A DNA stretch of 61,764 nt, filler included. It is 6 parts of 6 records of this genome, joined end to end, with 100 filler letters (N's around TTAATTAATTAA, not from the genome) between each part and the next. Parts side by side here need not be neighbours in the genome. Positions count along the whole stretch, not along the records: positions 1 to 20,488 come from SRR2962707_4981; 5 more parts are not named here. The stretch is one strand, 5' to 3'. This document shows positions 1 through 10,198 of the stretch, in pieces. The notes beneath the pieces are model-generated. The model saw only the letters and a program-made list of their open reading frames with translations, was not told where the DNA came from and did not search any database. The position numbers and the translations under genes were made by a program. How positions within the stretch are numbered: position 1 is the first letter of the stretch; each line of letters starts with the position of its first letter.

Positions 1-1
1 A

Positions 2-1105
2 GAAGTTAAAGGTATCGTTAAGAACCTTACAGACTACGGTGCGTTCGTTGATCTTGGTGGTGTTGATGGTCTTCTACACATCACTGACATGGCTTGGAAA
101 CGCATTAAGCACCCAAGCGAAATCATTGCTGTTGGCGATGAAATCGACGTTAAAGTACTTAAGTTTGACCGCGAGCGTAACCGTGTGTCTCTAGGTCTTA
201 AACAATTGGGTGAAGATCCATGGGTTGCTATCAAAGCACGTTACCCAGAAGGTACTAAAGTAACTGCTAAAGTTACTAACTTGACTGATTACGGTTGCTT
301 CGCTGAACTTGAAGAAGGCGTAGAAGGTCTAGTACACGTATCTGAAATGGATTGGACTAACAAAAACATCCACCCATCTAAAGTTGTTCAGATCGGTGAT
401 GAAGTTGAAGTTATGATCCTTGATATCGACGAAGAACGTCGTCGTATCTCTTTGGGTATCAAGCAGTGCACCATGAACCCATGGGAAGAGTTTGCTACAT
501 CTTTCAACAAAGGCGACAAAATCTCTGGCGCAATCAAGTCTATCACTGACTTTGGTGTGTTCATTGGTCTTGACGGCGGCATCGACGGCCTTGTTCACTT
601 GTCTGACCTATCTTGGGAAGAAACGGGTGAAGAAGCGGTTCGTGCATACAAGAAAGGTGATGTTCTTGAGACTGTTGTATTGTCTATCGATGCAGAACGC
701 GAGCGTATCTCTCTTGGCGTTAAACAGCTTGAAGAAGACCCATTTGTTGGTTTCGTTGCTGAAAACGACAAAGGCACTATCGTAAACGGTACTGTTGCTT
801 CTGTAGATGCAAAAGGTGCGGTTGTTGTTCTAGCTGAAGGCGTTGAAGCTACTTTGAAAGTATCTGAAATCAGCCGTGAGCGTGTTGAAGATGCAACAAC
901 TGTATTGAAAGAAGGCGATAAAGTAGAAGCAGCGATCATCAGTGTTGATCGTAAAGCTCGTACTATTACACTTTCTATCAAACAGAAAGATGCTACTGAA
1001 GAAAAAGCTGCGCTTAAATCTCATTCTGAGAAACAGCAAGTTGAAGCGAACGGTCCTACCACTATCGGTGATTTGATCAAAGCTCAACTAGAAAACCAAA
1101 ACTAA
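2..1105 (+). CDS. rpsA: 30S ribosomal protein S1 (5'-truncated)
   Basis: Tandem S1 repeats ([27 protein letters not shown]); the open frame runs back to the window edge; highly biased codon usage. Confidence 0.98.
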   Translation, partial: EVKGIVKNLTDYGAFVDLGGVDGLLHITDMAWKRIKHPSEIIAVGDEIDVKVLKFDRERNRVSLGLKQLGEDPWVAIKARYPEGTKVTAKVTNLTDYGCFAELEEGVEGLVHVSEMDWTNKNIHPSKVVQIGDEVEVMILDIDEERRRISLGIKQCTMNPWEEFATSFNKGDKISGAIKSITDFGVFIGLDGGIDGLVHLSDLSWEETGEEAVRAYKKGDVLETVVLSIDAERERISLGVKQLEEDPFVGFVAENDKGTIVNGTVASVDAKGAVVVLAEGVEATLKVSEISRERVEDATTVLKEGDKVEAAIISVDRKARTITLSIKQKDATEEKAALKSHSEKQQVEANGPTTIGDLIKAQLENQN

Positions 1106-1127
1106 GTTTTGATTTTCATTGGCTATT

Positions 1128-1155
1128 AAAAAGCGGGCTTAGGCCCGCTTTTTTT
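1128..1155 (+). terminator. Rho-independent terminator after rpsA, probably bidirectional
   Basis: AAAAAGCGGGC-TTAG-GCCCGCTTTTTTT. Confidence 0.9.
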
Positions 1156-1203
1156 ATGTCAAATTTACGATAACGCGTTGACAAGAAAACTATACATAAA
1201 ACA

Positions 1204-1222
1204 TGTGGATAACTGTGGGTAT
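1204..1222 (-). promoter_or_regulatory. Tandem DnaA boxes (one perfect, one with 2 mismatches)
   Basis: TGTGGATAA at 1204-1212 is the reverse complement of TTATCCACA; TGTGGGTAT follows at 1214-1222. Confidence 0.5.
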
Positions 1223-1239
1223 AGACTCTGTGTGACGCT

Positions 1240-1491
1240 TCATCGAAGCGATTTGAGCAGTGTTTTCGTGTCCTCTTCGTCCCAGTCTTCTTTTTCTAAT
1301 AACTGTTTCAGTGAGTTGTTTTCTTGTGTTTGCTGAAGGTTCTTCTGAAATTTAGCAAAATGCATGTCTTTGATGAGCTTCTCATCATAAGGGGAGCGAT
1401 ACAATGGCGGTGTTGATTCGCTGTTTGAAACGTCTGCTTGCTTCAATTTGTCTATGTTTTGATAGGTCTTTAGAAAGTCTTTTTTATTCAT
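1240..1491 (-). CDS. Small hydrophilic hypothetical protein (83 aa)
   Basis: ATG with a GGAG-type RBS, 11 nt after the trmO stop; coherent charged helical sequence; no family recognised. Confidence 0.7.
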   Translation of the reverse strand: MNKKDFLKTYQNIDKLKQADVSNSESTPPLYRSPYDEKLIKDMHFAKFQKNLQQTQENNSLKQLLEKEDWDEEDTKTLLKSLR

Positions 1492-1502
1492 ACCTGCTCT
1501 CC

Positions 1503-2219
1503 CTATTCGGTTTGTTCTATATGGAGTATTTCAAAATACTCTGGATGAGCGCGCCATCTAATGTTCAGATCCCATAATCTTATGCCATGCTCTTTGCCGT
1601 CTTTTTGTTGTAAGTAGGACGGGCGAGGATCTTGCTCGATGACTTGTTTAATTAAAGTCTTAATATCTCGCTGATGCAATGATTGGTAATGGTTGCACTG
1701 GCGATCGGCTAGCTCAGAAAAAACAACCTCACTGGTGCGATCTGCTTGTGGGGCGAAGCCGCCTTGGGCATCGGGGATGCTATCGGCGTAGGGAATATAA
1801 GGTTTGATGTCGAGTACTGGGGTGCCATCGAGTAAGTCGGCGCCAAGTAGCTCGATAAAAACCTTGCCCTTTTCTTGGTAAATATTGCCAAGCTTTATAA
1901 CCGACAACCCAATGGGGTTGGGTCTGTGTGTCGCGCGAGTGGCAAACACCCCCATTTTGACCTTGCCGCCCAGTCGAGGTGGCCGTATTTTGGCTTTCCA
2001 GTTTTCTGTCATGGTGGCGTGAAAAATGAACTGAACCCAGATGTGAGAGAAATCGCTTAATCCATCAAGCGTATCCAAGCGGTTAAAAGGCGGTAGTAGT
2101 TCGATCTTGGCGGTTGCCTCAGTGACAAGCCCAGGTTGTCTTGGAATGCCAAATTTTTCTTTGTAGCAGGAGTGGACTAGGCCAATTGTGGTTAGGTTAA
2201 AGTGCGTTGGAGCAGACAA
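1503..2219 (-). CDS. trmO: tRNA (N6-threonylcarbamoyladenosine-37-N6)-methyltransferase TrmO/TsaA
   Basis: Motifs KFGIPRQPGLV, RPPRLGG, GVFATR-HRPNPIGLS, DLLDGTPVLDIKPY, QDPRP. Confidence 0.95.
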   Translation of the reverse strand: MSAPTHFNLTTIGLVHSCYKEKFGIPRQPGLVTEATAKIELLPPFNRLDTLDGLSDFSHIWVQFIFHATMTENWKAKIRPPRLGGKVKMGVFATRATHRPNPIGLSVIKLGNIYQEKGKVFIELLGADLLDGTPVLDIKPYIPYADSIPDAQGGFAPQADRTSEVVFSELADRQCNHYQSLHQRDIKTLIKQVIEQDPRPSYLQQKDGKEHGIRLWDLNIRWRAHPEYFEILHIEQTE

Positions 2220-2354
2220 GCTTGCTTCCTTTTTTTCATCGAATTCAAGGCTAAAGGATTAAATAGTTTGTGTTAGTATACTGGCAAGAGAGCTGCGCGG
2301 ACGATAAATTTCTGCGATTAGAGCGTTACTTTTTAACCGAATTAGAGATTAAAA

Positions 2355-3635
2355 ATGTCTTTAGAATCCTATATGAATCAGATTGGTCAGCAAGCGAGAG
2401 CAGCATCGCGCTTGCTTGCTAAAGCGTCCACAGAGCATAAAAACAATGCGCTATTAGCCATGGCGGACGCGTTGGAAAAGGCACGACCTCGATTGATAGA
2501 AGAAAATGCCAAAGACATTCAAAATGGTGAGAAAAAGGGCTTAGATGCTGCCTTATTGGATCGTTTGCTGCTCAGTGATGCGCGCATCGATGGCATGATT
2601 GAAGGGCTCAAACAAGTGGCTGGGTTACCGGATCCGATTGGCGAGATTACCGATATGTTGTATCGCCCATCGGGTATTCAGCTAGGAAAAATGCGCGTGC
2701 CATTGGGTGTGATCGGTATCATTTACGAGTCACGACCAAATGTCACCATTGACGCCGCCAGCTTATGCCTGAAATCAGGCAATGCCACTATTTTACGTGG
2801 TGGTTCAGAAGCGTTTTATTCGAACCAAGCGATTGCAGAAGCGGTAACAGCGGGTCTTAACGCCGTTGGTTTGCCAGAAAGTGCCGTGCAGGTATTAAAT
2901 ACGACGGATCGTGATGCCGTGGGGCGTTTGATCGCCATGCCTGAATACGTAGATGTGATTGTTCCTCGTGGCGGCAAGGGGCTTATAGAACGCATTAGTA
3001 AAGACGCTCGAGTACCTGTTATTAAGCACTTAGATGGTAATTGCCATGTTTATATCGACGATGAGGCAGATTTGGATAAGGCGTTTAATATAGCGTTGAA
3101 CGCCAAAACGCGTCGTTACGGTGTCTGTAATGCCATGGAGTCTTTGTTGATTCATCAAGCGGTTGCTGAGCAGATTTTGCCAAAATTGGTGTCGGCCTTT
3201 CATGAAAAAGGGGTTGAGCTGGTTGGTTGTGACGCCACTCGAAGCATTGTCGCTGGGTCTGCTGCGTCAGACATAGCGATCGGAGTCGCCACACAAGAAG
3301 ACTGGTTTACCGAATACCTTGCTCCTAAGCTTTCGATTAAAATTCTGGCTGACATGGAGGAAGCCATCGAGCATATCAATCATTATGGCTCTCACCATTC
3401 CGATGCCATTATTTCTCAAAATTACTCTAAGACCCGTGCGTTTATGACGCAAGTGGATTCGTCTTCTGTGATGGTGAACGCCTCGACCGCTTTTGCGGAT
3501 GGCTTTGAATATGGGTTGGGTGCCGAAATTGGTATTTCTACCGATAAAATCCACGCCCGTGGACCGGTCGGCCTGATAGGTTTAACCAGCCAGAAGTACA
3601 TAGTGCTAGGGGATGGCCACACCCGTGACAATTAA
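2355..3635 (+). CDS. proA: Gamma-glutamyl phosphate reductase
   Basis: [44 protein letters not shown]. Confidence 0.98.
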   Translation: MSLESYMNQIGQQARAASRLLAKASTEHKNNALLAMADALEKARPRLIEENAKDIQNGEKKGLDAALLDRLLLSDARIDGMIEGLKQVAGLPDPIGEITDMLYRPSGIQLGKMRVPLGVIGIIYESRPNVTIDAASLCLKSGNATILRGGSEAFYSNQAIAEAVTAGLNAVGLPESAVQVLNTTDRDAVGRLIAMPEYVDVIVPRGGKGLIERISKDARVPVIKHLDGNCHVYIDDEADLDKAFNIALNAKTRRYGVCNAMESLLIHQAVAEQILPKLVSAFHEKGVELVGCDATRSIVAGSAASDIAIGVATQEDWFTEYLAPKLSIKILADMEEAIEHINHYGSHHSDAIISQNYSKTRAFMTQVDSSSVMVNASTAFADGFEYGLGAEIGISTDKIHARGPVGLIGLTSQKYIVLGDGHTRDN

Positions 3636-4305
3636 TACCAAGCGTCTGGGGCGAGCTTCTGGTGTTGCCATTATGGGAGGGACGTTTGACCCGATACATA
3701 ATGGGCATCTGAGGACGGCGGTAGAAATCCTCGACCGTTTTGGTTTTGAGTCTTTGCGTTTGGTTCCTTGTTTTCAGCCAGTTCATAAAGGTCTGCCTAG
3801 CATTACCGCGGCACAGCGTCTGGCAATGGTTGAAATGGCGATTTCGAGCGATTCGCGTTTGTCCGTTGATCGACGAGAAATTGTGCGTGAAGGGCCGAGT
3901 TACTCGATTGATACCTTAAAAGACATTCGTTCTGAGATTGGCCCAGATGAGCCCTTGATCATGGTGTTGGGAATGGACAGTTTTTTGTCGATCCCAACTT
4001 GGGCGGATTGGCAGGCATTGATCCAGTATGCGCATATTTTGGTGGTGTCTCGACCGGGCTGGGAGCCGGATCTGATTTCGGAATTAAGCGCTTTCTGCGA
4101 AAACTATCGTGCCGCTTCATCGCATGAGTTACAATGCGCGCCCTCAGGTTTTATTTGGTTAGAAACGCTACCGTCTCTGGAGATCTCTTCGAGTATGATA
4201 AGAGCCCTGCGTAAAAAACAGGAATCCATTGCGTATCTGCTACCAGAACCCGTACAAACATACATAATACAAAATCAATTATATCAGGATAACGTAACTT
4301 TATGA
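3613..4305 (+). CDS. nadD: Nicotinate-nucleotide adenylyltransferase (start may be the GTG at 3625)
   Basis: [11 protein letters not shown] (HxGH), GMDS and ISSSMIR motifs; conserved synteny. Confidence 0.95.
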   Translation: MATPVTINTKRLGRASGVAIMGGTFDPIHNGHLRTAVEILDRFGFESLRLVPCFQPVHKGLPSITAAQRLAMVEMAISSDSRLSVDRREIVREGPSYSIDTLKDIRSEIGPDEPLIMVLGMDSFLSIPTWADWQALIQYAHILVVSRPGWEPDLISELSAFCENYRAASSHELQCAPSGFIWLETLPSLEISSSMIRALRKKQESIAYLLPEPVQTYIIQNQLYQDNVTL

Positions 4306-4655
4306 GTCAGCCTAATCTCACAGCGGATCAAATCTTAGCTTTAGCAGTGGAAGCACTGGAAGATGTCAAAGGTGATAAGATCACTGTGTTGAATGTTTCA
4401 AAACACACAGACATGATGGATTTCATGGTTATTTGTACCGGTACCTCTAAGCGTCATGTGAATGGTTTGGGGCAGAATGTTATTGAGCATCTAAAGTCTA
4501 ATGGTCTTCAGCCTTTAGGTTTTGAAGGACGCGGTACAGGAAGCGACTGGGTGTTGGTTGATCTTCATGATGTTGTTGTTCATGTCATGACCGAAGAAGC
4601 GCGAGCTTTTTACGACCTAGAAAAACTTTGGGACATTAAACCAGAATCGATTTAA
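4302..4655 (+). CDS. rsfS: Ribosome silencing factor
   Basis: WVLVDLHDVVVHVM...R.FYDLEKLW. Confidence 0.96.
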   Translation: MSQPNLTADQILALAVEALEDVKGDKITVLNVSKHTDMMDFMVICTGTSKRHVNGLGQNVIEHLKSNGLQPLGFEGRGTGSDWVLVDLHDVVVHVMTEEARAFYDLEKLWDIKPESI

Positions 4656-4664
4656 GGTTTTGCA

Positions 4665-5132
4665 ATGCGCGTTCGACTGATTGCTGTCGGCACTAAAATG
4701 CCGAAATGGGTAACGCAAGGCTATGACGATTACGCCAAGCGATTGCCCAAAGATTTTGCTTTAGAATTGGTGGAAATCCCAATGTCACCACGCGGGAAAA
4801 ACACCGATATACCCAAAGCAATTCGCAAAGAAGGTGATCTGATGCTCGATGCGATTCCTCAGGGAGATAAGGTAATCGCAATGGAGGTCCTCGGTAAAGA
4901 GTGGTCAACGCATCAGTTGGCAGATCAGACCGAGAGCTGGCGCATGGAAGGTTATAATGTCAGTTTGTTGGTGGGTGGCCCGGATGGGCTTGACCCCCGT
5001 TGTACAGCGAAAGCCGATCAAATCTGGTCGCTTTCTCGTTTGACACTGCCACACCCTATGGTTCGGGTTATTCTTGCTGAGCAAATCTACCGTGCTTGGA
5101 CCTTGATGAATAATCATCCGTACCATAGATAG
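4665..5132 (+). CDS. rlmH: 23S rRNA pseudouridine-1915 N3-methyltransferase
   Basis: [22 protein letters not shown]...HPYHR. Confidence 0.97.
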   Translation: MRVRLIAVGTKMPKWVTQGYDDYAKRLPKDFALELVEIPMSPRGKNTDIPKAIRKEGDLMLDAIPQGDKVIAMEVLGKEWSTHQLADQTESWRMEGYNVSLLVGGPDGLDPRCTAKADQIWSLSRLTLPHPMVRVILAEQIYRAWTLMNNHPYHR

Positions 5133-5143
5133 AGGATCGTTCG

Positions 5144-7021
5144 TTGAGCCGTCGATATAAGAACTTCCGCAATTACAATCAAGAAAAAACACTGACACAA
5201 TCGCGTATTATTATTGCGGGCCTTTTAGTGTTGCTCTTGGCGGGCGTCTTGATGGCTCGCTTGTTTTACCTCCAAGTCTTAAATTACCAACTTTATCAAA
5301 CCAAAGCCGATGATAACCGTGTGATGCTGGTCACTGAGCCACCACCACGTGGGTTGATTTATGATCGCAATGGCGTGGTGCTCGCCGATAACCGTCCTAT
5401 TCACAGTTTGACGGTGACGCCAGAGCGCATTAAAAGCATGCCTCAGCTGCGCAAAATTCTCTCTGGGTTGATCGATATTAGTCCGGACGAATGGGATCAG
5501 TTTGATGAAAAACTGAAAGACTATCGTCGGCCTTATCAATCCATTACCTTAAAATCCCAGTTAACCGATGAAGAGTGGGCGCGTATCGCCGTGAATCTTT
5601 ATAAGTTAGATGGCGTACAGGTTGAGGCTCAGCTCACTCGTTATTATCCCTATGGCAAAGCGTTTGCTCATGCCGTTGGGTACGTTGGGCGTATTACGAC
5701 CAAAGATTTAGAAAGAGTGGATAAACAGGCTTACCAAGGCGCTCTGTTTATTGGTAAAACTGGGGTCGAAGGTTATTACGAAAGCACCTTGTTTGGTAAG
5801 CCAGGTATTAAGAAAGTCGAAGTGAATGCGCGCGGTCGTATCATGGATGAGCTGGGGCGAGAAAATCCGGTCCCAGGTAAAGACGTTCATTTGTATATGG
5901 ATGCGCGTTTGCAACAATACGCCTACGACTTACTCGGTAATTACAAAGGCTCTGTGGTGGCCATAGATCCGAATACTGGCGGTATTTTAGCCTTGGTCTC
6001 CAAGCCCGGCTTTGACCCTAATTTGTTTGTTAGGGGGATTTCTTATAAAGACTATTCCGTATTGCGCAACTCAAAAGACCTTCCTTTGTTTAATCGTGCT
6101 TTACGTGGTGGTTACCCGCCGGCTTCGACCATTAAGCCGTTTATGGCGCTGGCTGGCCTAGAATATGGTTTTTCTTCATGGACTGAACGTTATTTTGCCC
6201 GTGGTTATTACCAAATTAATCCCGGTGGACGTCGTTATCGTGATTGGAAACGAGGCGGTCATGGCTGGATTAATCTAGAGCGTGCGGTCATCGAATCGGT
6301 GGACACCTATTTCTACCAGTTAGCGAATAAAATGGGCATTACCCCGATCCATGACTTTTTGACGCGCTTTGGTTTTGGGAAAAGTGTGTTACTGGATTTA
6401 AACGGTGCGAGCATCGGCTTGTTGCCATCCAATGCGTGGAAGAAAGCCAAATACAATGAGCCTTGGTACCCAGGGGACTCAGTAAACGTCGGAATAGGCC
6501 AAGGTTTCATGGTGGCCACACCGATTCAGATTGCAACGGCGGTTTCCGCCATTGCGGCGCGCGGGCATTATTATTTCCCACGCATGGCGCAGACAATTGG
6601 CAACAAAGCTGCGACGTTTGAGGGCAAAGAAGGGGGTGTTCATAACATCATCCTAAAAGACCAGCGCAACTGGGAAAAAATCATCACCGCAATGCGCAAA
6701 GTGATTACCGATCCTAAGGGCACAGGAAGGCGCTTACAAGGAACGGATTACGCCATTGCCGGTAAGACAGGGACAGGGCAAGTCTTTAGTCTGCAAGACG
6801 GTGAGGAATATGAAGCGGACAAACTGGCGAAGCGGCTTCATGACCATGGTTTGTTTATTGCTTTTGCGCCAGCGGAGAAGCCGACGATTGCCGTTTTTGC
6901 GATTTTTGAAAATGGCGGCGGGGCTGCCAAACCGGCCGATTTAACGAAGAAACTTTTTGATGCTTATATCGACGGTAAGTACCCTAAAAAGTACGACTAT
7001 TTAAAAGGTAATGCGAAGTGA
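5144..7021 (+). CDS. mrdA: Penicillin-binding protein 2
   Basis: N-terminal TM; RGLIYDRNG; STIK, SVD and KTG transpeptidase motifs. Confidence 0.96.
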   Translation: MSRRYKNFRNYNQEKTLTQSRIIIAGLLVLLLAGVLMARLFYLQVLNYQLYQTKADDNRVMLVTEPPPRGLIYDRNGVVLADNRPIHSLTVTPERIKSMPQLRKILSGLIDISPDEWDQFDEKLKDYRRPYQSITLKSQLTDEEWARIAVNLYKLDGVQVEAQLTRYYPYGKAFAHAVGYVGRITTKDLERVDKQAYQGALFIGKTGVEGYYESTLFGKPGIKKVEVNARGRIMDELGRENPVPGKDVHLYMDARLQQYAYDLLGNYKGSVVAIDPNTGGILALVSKPGFDPNLFVRGISYKDYSVLRNSKDLPLFNRALRGGYPPASTIKPFMALAGLEYGFSSWTERYFARGYYQINPGGRRYRDWKRGGHGWINLERAVIESVDTYFYQLANKMGITPIHDFLTRFGFGKSVLLDLNGASIGLLPSNAWKKAKYNEPWYPGDSVNVGIGQGFMVATPIQIATAVSAIAARGHYYFPRMAQTIGNKAATFEGKEGGVHNIILKDQRNWEKIITAMRKVITDPKGTGRRLQGTDYAIAGKTGTGQVFSLQDGEEYEADKLAKRLHDHGLFIAFAPAEKPTIAVFAIFENGGGAAKPADLTKKLFDAYIDGKYPKKYDYLKGNAK

Positions 7022-8139
7022 GTGATAATGTTTATAGAAGAGCGCTGTCATTTGCGAACGCTCGCCTTTGGAAGCTGATTCACGTCGATATTTTGTTGCT
7101 TGGTGCGCTACTGCTGCTGATGGCCGGTGGCCTTGTTGTCTTGTACTCGGCGTCTGGTCAAGATATGGAAATGGTAGAGCGACAAATTCTCCGTTTTGGT
7201 ATCGGTATGGGGGTGTGTCTTGGCTTGGCGCAACTGCCCCCTAAATACATGCGCAGAGCCTCACCGGCTTTGTTTATTTTCTTGGCCATGTTGCTGATTG
7301 GTGTCTTGCTGTTTGGCGTTGGTGCGAAAGGCGCGCAACGTTGGTTGGCACTGCCTGGTGGCTTGCGTTTTCAACCCTCTGAAATCATGAAAATCGTCAT
7401 GCCAATGATGATTGCTTGGTATTTTTCTGATCGCCAGTTACCGCCTAAATTTAGAGAAGTGGTGGTGGTGCTAGCGTTGATTTTTACCCCCGCATTGATG
7501 GTGGCTAGGCAACCTGATTTAGGAACCGCGTTATTGGTGGCCGTGTCGGGCATCTTTGTGTTGTTTTTGGCGGGCCTTGGTTGGCGCTATATTCTGGGGG
7601 CCGCCGTGTCAGCGCCTGCTGCAGGCTATGTGCTTTGGCATTTTATGCACGATTATCAGCGTCAGCGCGTATTGACCTTTTTGAATCCAGAAAGCGACCC
7701 ATTAGGTTCTGGCTGGAATATTATTCAGTCTAAAACCGCGATTGGCTCGGGCGGCCTGTATGGCAAAGGTTGGCTTGAAGGCACGCAAGCACAGTTAAAC
7801 TTTTTACCAGAAAGCCATACGGATTTTATTATTGCGGTATTGGGTGAAGAATTCGGCATGCTCGGTTGCGGTATTCTGATTTTTTCCTATTTGTTGGTGA
7901 TTTCTCGTGGTTTGTATATCTCCGCAACAGCGGAAGACAATTATGCACGCCTATTAGCAGGCAGTTTAACGCTGACCTTTTTTGTTTATATGTTTGTAAA
8001 TATCGGCATGGTGTCAGGCATTTTACCTGTGGTTGGGGTACCCTTGCCCTTGGTCAGTTATGGCGGTACGTCCATCATAACAATTATGGCGACCTTTGGA
8101 ATTTTGATGTCGGTACAAACACATAAAAGGGCGAGATGA
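7018..8139 (+). CDS. rodA: Rod shape-determining protein RodA (SEDS family)
   Basis: GAQRW, QPSE, QPDLGT, PESHTDFI, SYGGTS; polytopic membrane protein. Confidence 0.97.
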   Translation: MSDNVYRRALSFANARLWKLIHVDILLLGALLLLMAGGLVVLYSASGQDMEMVERQILRFGIGMGVCLGLAQLPPKYMRRASPALFIFLAMLLIGVLLFGVGAKGAQRWLALPGGLRFQPSEIMKIVMPMMIAWYFSDRQLPPKFREVVVVLALIFTPALMVARQPDLGTALLVAVSGIFVLFLAGLGWRYILGAAVSAPAAGYVLWHFMHDYQRQRVLTFLNPESDPLGSGWNIIQSKTAIGSGGLYGKGWLEGTQAQLNFLPESHTDFIIAVLGEEFGMLGCGILIFSYLLVISRGLYISATAEDNYARLLAGSLTLTFFVYMFVNIGMVSGILPVVGVPLPLVSYGGTSIITIMATFGILMSVQTHKRAR

Positions 8140-9197
8140 TGATGAAACTAGCAGTAGGGATGTTACTAGTGCTTGGCTTGGTCGGGTGCAGTAGCGCTGG
8201 GCAAGTGAAGGAACAAGCGTTGGGTGATGAACTGGGTGTCAGTAATCAATTGCTCGATGATGCGCCTGAAGATAAAGTAGACTCTTATGCAGCCAACCCG
8301 CAAGTAAAAGCCTTTATTGCCCGCTTAGTGAAGCAAGATCACTTTGATAAAAACACGCTAGAATTGGCGTTTTCACGGATAAAAATACGTGAAAAAGTCA
8401 TTCAAAAATCCAACAATCAACCAGAATCCATTACCCCTTATTATGAATATCGCTCGCGTTTTACCAATGCGCAACGGGTTGCGAGTGGTAAGGCTTTTGC
8501 CCAGAAAAACAAACATTGGTTAGAAAAAGCAGAGCAAGAATATGGCGTTGATTGGCACGTCATTGTGGCTTTGATAGGGGTTGAAACCTATTACGGGCGC
8601 ATTACCGGTTCGAAAGATGTTTTCACCTCATTAACCACGCTCGCCTTTGATTACCCAAGACGACAAGCTTACTTCCAGAATGAACTGCGTGCCTATTTAT
8701 TATTGGCGCGTGAAAATAATTGGAACATTGGCGCGACAAAGGGGTCCTATAGTGGGGCCATGGGTATGGTGCAGTTTATGCCAACCAATTACCGTAAGTT
8801 AGCGGTGGATTATGATGGCGATGGTCATGTTGATCTTTGGCACTCAGATGCAGATGCCATCGGCAGTGTGGCAAATTATTTGCGTCACCATGGCTGGGAA
8901 TACGAGCAACCTTACTTGGTAATGGCTCAGGTGGACAGTCCAGATGCGGTATCAAAATGGATAAACGTAGACAGAAAACCCATCAAAACAGCGGCCCAGT
9001 GGGCGGCGTTGAAAGTGTTGCCAACGCAACCTTTCTTAGCAAAGAAAATGGGCTTAGTGGGCTTGCGCACCAAAGAGGATGAAACCTCTTATTGGCTGGC
9101 TTATGAGAACTTTTTTACTATCATGGATTACAATCCAAGCCGACGTTATGCCATGTCAGTATTGGAGCTTGCTGAGAGCATAGGAAAGAATGATTAA
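8136..9197 (+). CDS. mltB: Lytic murein transglycosylase B (lipoprotein)
   Basis: Lipobox LVGC; IGVETYYG; GSYSGAMG.VQFMP; EF-hand DYDGDGHVDL. Confidence 0.93.
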   Translation: MMMKLAVGMLLVLGLVGCSSAGQVKEQALGDELGVSNQLLDDAPEDKVDSYAANPQVKAFIARLVKQDHFDKNTLELAFSRIKIREKVIQKSNNQPESITPYYEYRSRFTNAQRVASGKAFAQKNKHWLEKAEQEYGVDWHVIVALIGVETYYGRITGSKDVFTSLTTLAFDYPRRQAYFQNELRAYLLLARENNWNIGATKGSYSGAMGMVQFMPTNYRKLAVDYDGDGHVDLWHSDADAIGSVANYLRHHGWEYEQPYLVMAQVDSPDAVSKWINVDRKPIKTAAQWAALKVLPTQPFLAKKMGLVGLRTKEDETSYWLAYENFFTIMDYNPSRRYAMSVLELAESIGKND

Positions 9198-10110
9198 ACA
9201 TCGTGGTTTATGGTTATTAATTGGGGCGTGCCTTGTGTTATTGAGTGGTTGCACCGGTAATACAATGAGTTCTGCTGAGTATGATAAAGCCTCCGCTGGA
9301 GGACGTTATACCATTCTTAAGGATCACGCTCCTGACCACGATGTCAAAGTAGACCATTTGCCTGACTTGGTGCCTAAATGGGAACCTAAAAGTCGGGGCG
9401 GCAATAAAAGCCCTTACGAAGTCTGGGGTAAGAAATACTGGGTGATGAAATCTGCTAAGGGCTACGTAGCAGAAGGAACGGCTTCTTGGTATGGCATGAA
9501 ATTTCATGGTCATACCACATCAAATGGGGAAACATATGATATGTATGCCTTTTCTGCTGCCCATAAATCCCTGCCTTTACCGACCTATTTAAAAGTCACC
9601 AACCTGGATAATCAGCGTTCTGTGATTGTTAGAGTGAATGACAGAGGGCCTTTTCATGGGGACCGATTGATCGATCTTTCCTACGCGGCCGCGGTGCGCT
9701 TGGATTATCAGAAAAAAGGCTTGGCTCACGTGAGAATCGAAGCCATAACGCCGCCAAAAGGGGGTGTTTATCAGCCAGAACCCAACGCTTCTTCAGGCCT
9801 TAAGAAAGAGGCTAATCCCCCTGTTATATTGACCTCTAAGTCAATTGCGGCACCTTCAAGTTCGGTGTCGAAAGTGCCTGTTTTTACGCACTTGCAATTG
9901 GGGGCTTTTTCAACAAAGGAAGCGGCCGAACGCTTGAAAAACCAACTGTTTTCTGTCTTTGATACGCAAATTAATATCGAGATAGTGAAGCACAGCGATG
10001 CACTTTATAAAGTATTAGTAGGCCCTTATGGCAGTGATGTAGAACTGTCTAATTGGCAAAAAAGGCTTTATGATGCAGGCTTTGCAAAGCCAGTACGAGT
10101 TGCGATGTAA
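9190..10110 (+). CDS. rlpA: Septal ring lytic transglycosylase RlpA with SPOR domain
   Basis: Lipobox LSGC; ASWYG..FHG, AAHKSLPLP, VNDRGPF; C-terminal LQLGAFS SPOR motif. Confidence 0.95.
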   Translation: MIKHRGLWLLIGACLVLLSGCTGNTMSSAEYDKASAGGRYTILKDHAPDHDVKVDHLPDLVPKWEPKSRGGNKSPYEVWGKKYWVMKSAKGYVAEGTASWYGMKFHGHTTSNGETYDMYAFSAAHKSLPLPTYLKVTNLDNQRSVIVRVNDRGPFHGDRLIDLSYAAAVRLDYQKKGLAHVRIEAITPPKGGVYQPEPNASSGLKKEANPPVILTSKSIAAPSSSVSKVPVFTHLQLGAFSTKEAAERLKNQLFSVFDTQINIEIVKHSDALYKVLVGPYGSDVELSNWQKRLYDAGFAKPVRVAM

Positions 10111-10198
10111 CTGTAAAGGCGAATTTCATAGACTAGAGATTCATTTTTCTCTCTAGTATCATTTGTAAACTTTTTTTAACCAGACGATGTTGTAGAGT

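Noticed and set aside
1106..1239. No ihfB after rpsA
   Set aside because: The rpsA-ihfB linkage is not universal, and absence from one contig says nothing about the genome
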